The notes beneath the pieces were generated by a model, which was given only the letters and a program-made list of their open reading frames with translations, ran no database searches and had not been told where the DNA came from. Made by a program: the position numbers and the translations under genes. This document shows positions 61,616-64,000 of a stretch of DNA of 64,000 bases, piece after piece (position 1 is the stretch's first letter; the number at the start of each line of letters is the position of its first letter). The stretch comes from Candidatus Oxydemutator sp. (GTDB taxonomy: Bacteria; Pseudomonadota; Gammaproteobacteria; Poriferisulfidales; Oxydemutatoraceae), in assembly GCA_965203445.1 (NCBI GenBank), contig OZ241883.1, positions 1,984,001-2,048,000 of the forward strand, given 5' to 3'.

Positions 61616-61671
61616 CCCCCGTCGCCATGACCCAGGTGGCCAACCCGAATCGAGGTGTCCGCCGGAATCAT
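61600..61671 (-). pseudogene. vapC: Truncated vapC (PIN toxin) remnant
   Basis: ATGA overlap with the vapB stop. It reads MIPADTSIRVGHLGHGD (compare PIN N-termini such as MILVDTSVWIDHLR.GD), then runs into infA antisense and stops after 23 aa. Confidence 0.65.
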
Positions 61672-61865
61672 GCCGGTTTTGATTGTCGCCGGGGGATTGG
61701 GCGCAGTCTGGGTTCGGTTCCACCCAGTTGTGCCAATCGTCGGGCGCTTTCGCGCTCGATCAGGGCGCGCAACCCTTTATTGACCAGGGTCGTTTTTTCC
61801 GCTATCCCGGTCATCCGCTGCGCTTTCGCCAGCAGTTCGTCGTCAATATTCAGCGTGATTCTCAT
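61668..61865 (-). CDS. vapB: Type II TA antitoxin, VapB family (ribbon-helix-helix)
   Basis: MRITLNIDDELLAKAQ..TGI.EKT.LV..GL.ALIERESARRLA.LGGTEP.L..IPRR. Confidence 0.88.
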   Translation of the reverse strand: MRITLNIDDELLAKAQRMTGIAEKTTLVNKGLRALIERESARRLAQLGGTEPRLRPIPRRQSKPA

Positions 61866-62017
61866 TGTGCTACCCCCGTTGATGCACTGAAAATAATCAA
61901 TAGACGATATTCCATATGTATCTGCAAAAATGCAAGCGGTAGAAAGCGACAAGAATACATGGGAGTTATCGCTGACTAGTGCATGCGCCCCGTACGTTCC
62001 GGGGGCAGACCTCGCCG

Positions 62018-64000
62018 TTATTCCACGGGGGCGCTTTTCTTGCGGGGGGCGGTTTGGGGGGCGCCGTCGCAGGAGTAGCGTATGTCGCCGTTCTCGAGCG
62101 TGAAACGGGCGGTGCCGCCCTTCTTCAATTTGCCGAACAGAATATCGTCCAGCAGCGGTTTCTTCAGCCGCTGCTCTATCAGGCGGCGCATCGGCCTGGC
62201 TCCCATCGTCTTGTCGAAACCGTGTTCGACCAGCCATGCGCGCGCCTTGTCGTCCACCGCAAGTTGCACGCGCTTGCTTTCTAATTGCGCCTGGAACTGG
62301 GTCAGGAACTTGTCCACGACGTTCAGTATCGTGTTTTTGTCGAGCGGCTTGAAATGCACGATCGCGCTCAGGCGGTTGCGAAACTCGGGCGCGAACGCCT
62401 TCTTAATCTGTTCGGCGCAATCCGGCGTCCGCTCCTGATCGGTGAAGCCGATGCCGGCGCGGCTCATCTCCTCGGCGCCGGCGTTGGTCGTCATCATCAG
62501 CACCGTGTGGCGGAAGTCCACCTTGCGCCCGTTGGCGTCGGTCAGCAGGCCGTGATCCATGACCTGCAACAGCAGGTTGAACACGTCCGGGTGCGCCTTT
62601 TCCATCTCGTCCAGCAACACCACCGCCTGCGGAAACTTCAGCACCGCGTCGGTCAGCAGGCCACCCTGATCGAAGCCGACGTAGCCCGGCGGCGCGCCGA
62701 TCAGGCGCGACACCGTATGCCGCTCCATGTATTCGGACATGTCGAAGCGCACCAGTTCCATGCCGGTGCTCGCGGCCAGCTGGCGCGCGGTCTCGGTCTT
62801 GCCGACGCCGGTAGGTCCTGCCAGCAGGAACGAACCGACCGGCTGGTTCGGTTCGCCCAATCCGGAGCGCGCCATTTTGACCGTGGCCACTATCGCCTCC
62901 AGCGCCTGATCCTGGCCAAAGATCACCATCTTCAAGTCGCGCTCCAGGGTGCGCAGCATCTTTGCGCTGTCGCCGGTGACGTTCCTGGCCGGCACGCGCA
63001 TCATCTTTGCGACCATGTTCTCGACGTGGCTGGTGCGCACTATCGGGCGCGCACTTTGCGACGACGCGCAGATGCGCAGATGGGCGCCGGTCTCGTCCAC
63101 CAGGTCGAGCGCCTTGTCCGGCAGAAAGCGGTCGTGCAGATAGCGCGACGCCAATTCGGCCGCGGTGCGCAGACTCTGCTTCGAGTAGCGCACGTTGTGA
63201 AAGCGCTCGTAGTGCTCCTTCAAGCCAAGCAAAATGCGATAGGTCTCGTCGAGCGACGGCTCCTCGACGTCTATTTTTTGAAAGCGCCTGGCCAGCGCAC
63301 GGTCTTTCTCGAAGATCGCGCGGTATTCGCGGTAGGTCGTGGCGCCGATACATTTGAGTTCTCCGGATTGCAGCTTCGGCTTGACCAGAGTCGAGGCGTC
63401 CATCGCGCTGCCGGACGCGGAACCCGCGCCTATCAGCATGTGAATCTCGTCGATGAACAGGATGACGTTTTTCTCCTTCTGCAGCTGCGCCAGCACCCTC
63501 TTCAGGCGTTTCTCGAAGTCGCCGCGGTACTTGGTGCCGGCCACCAGCGCGCCTAAGTCGAGCAGATAGACGACCGTGTCCTTCATCATCTCGGGCACTT
63601 CGCCGTCCGTGATTTTCTTCGCCAGCCCCTCCGCCAGCGCGGTCTTGCCGACGCCCGGCTCGCCGACGTACAGCGGATTGTTCTTGTTGCGCCTGCACAA
63701 CACCTGTATGGTTCTGTCTATCTCGGCGTCGCGCCCGACCAGCGGGTCTATGCGCCCGGCGCGCGCCTTCTCGTTCAGGTTCTCGGCGAATTGCTCGAGC
63801 GGTCGCGGCGGTGCCTGGCGCTCGCGCCCGCTCTCGCCGCCGACGGCGCCATCCGCGTCCTCTTTTGCGGTTTCTCTGGCGATGCCGTGCGCGATGTAGT
63901 TGACGACGTCCAGGCGCTCGACGTTGTGGCAGCCGAGCAGATAGACCGCCTGCGATTCCGGTTCGCTGAAGACCGAGACCAGCACGTTATCGCCCTTGAC
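62018..64000 (-). CDS. clpA: ATP-dependent Clp protease ATP-binding subunit ClpA, 5' end outside the window
   Basis: Two AAA modules (GEPGVGKT, GPTGVGKT), AGTKYRGDFEKR and SRLIGAPPGYVGFDQGG. No ClpB middle domain; adjacent to infA. Confidence 0.95.
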   Translation of the reverse strand, partial: VKGDNVLVSVFSEPESQAVYLLGCHNVERLDVVNYIAHGIARETAKEDADGAVGGESGRERQAPPRPLEQFAENLNEKARAGRIDPLVGRDAEIDRTIQVLCRRNKNNPLYVGEPGVGKTALAEGLAKKITDGEVPEMMKDTVVYLLDLGALVAGTKYRGDFEKRLKRVLAQLQKEKNVILFIDEIHMLIGAGSASGSAMDASTLVKPKLQSGELKCIGATTYREYRAIFEKDRALARRFQKIDVEEPSLDETYRILLGLKEHYERFHNVRYSKQSLRTAAELASRYLHDRFLPDKALDLVDETGAHLRICASSQSARPIVRTSHVENMVAKMMRVPARNVTGDSAKMLRTLERDLKMVIFGQDQALEAIVATVKMARSGLGEPNQPVGSFLLAGPTGVGKTETARQLAASTGMELVRFDMSEYMERHTVSRLIGAPPGYVGFDQGGLLTDAVLKFPQAVVLLDEMEKAHPDVFNLLLQVMDHGLLTDANGRKVDFRHTVLMMTTNAGAEEMSRAGIGFTDQERTPDCAEQIKKAFAPEFRNRLSAIVHFKPLDKNTILNVVDKFLTQFQAQLESKRVQLAVDDKARAWLVEHGFDKTMGARPMRRLIEQRLKKPLLDDILFGKLKKGGTARFTLENGDIRYSCDGAPQTAPRKKSAPVE

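Overview
GC-rich proteobacterial chromosome segment, probably gamma- or betaproteobacterial, that includes the replication terminus (a near-canonical XerC/D dif site at 51784-51811). Most of it is housekeeping: aceA-icd, gltA, katA with an OxyR-like site, mobAB/moeB/moaB, serS, mutL-miaA-hfq, ilvH-ilvC-pssA, tRNA-Glu, aceEF-lpdA, dusA, the fabD-fabG-acpP-fabF-pabC-mltG-tmk-holB block, infA and clpA. The main accessory block (25.5-34.7 kb) is an SCO-like / MauG-like diheme peroxidase / TlpA trio. It sits directly upstream of the tetrahydromethanopterin (H4MPT) formaldehyde-oxidation cluster mptG-mtdB-orfY-mch-orf5-orf7-fae, and no target enzyme such as MtoX is visible. Smaller signals missed by the ORF track or otherwise unusual are: an orphan Leu/Ile/Val leader peptide after pssA, a vapB antitoxin followed by a vapC stub, a very Met-rich Lpp/OprI-like lipoprotein beside an L,D-transpeptidase and dif, a TGLSP-type MetX, an Icd C-terminal insertion, and a retropepsin-SEC-C protein with Asn in place of the catalytic Asp. 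All calls come from reading motifs by eye; no database searches were run.
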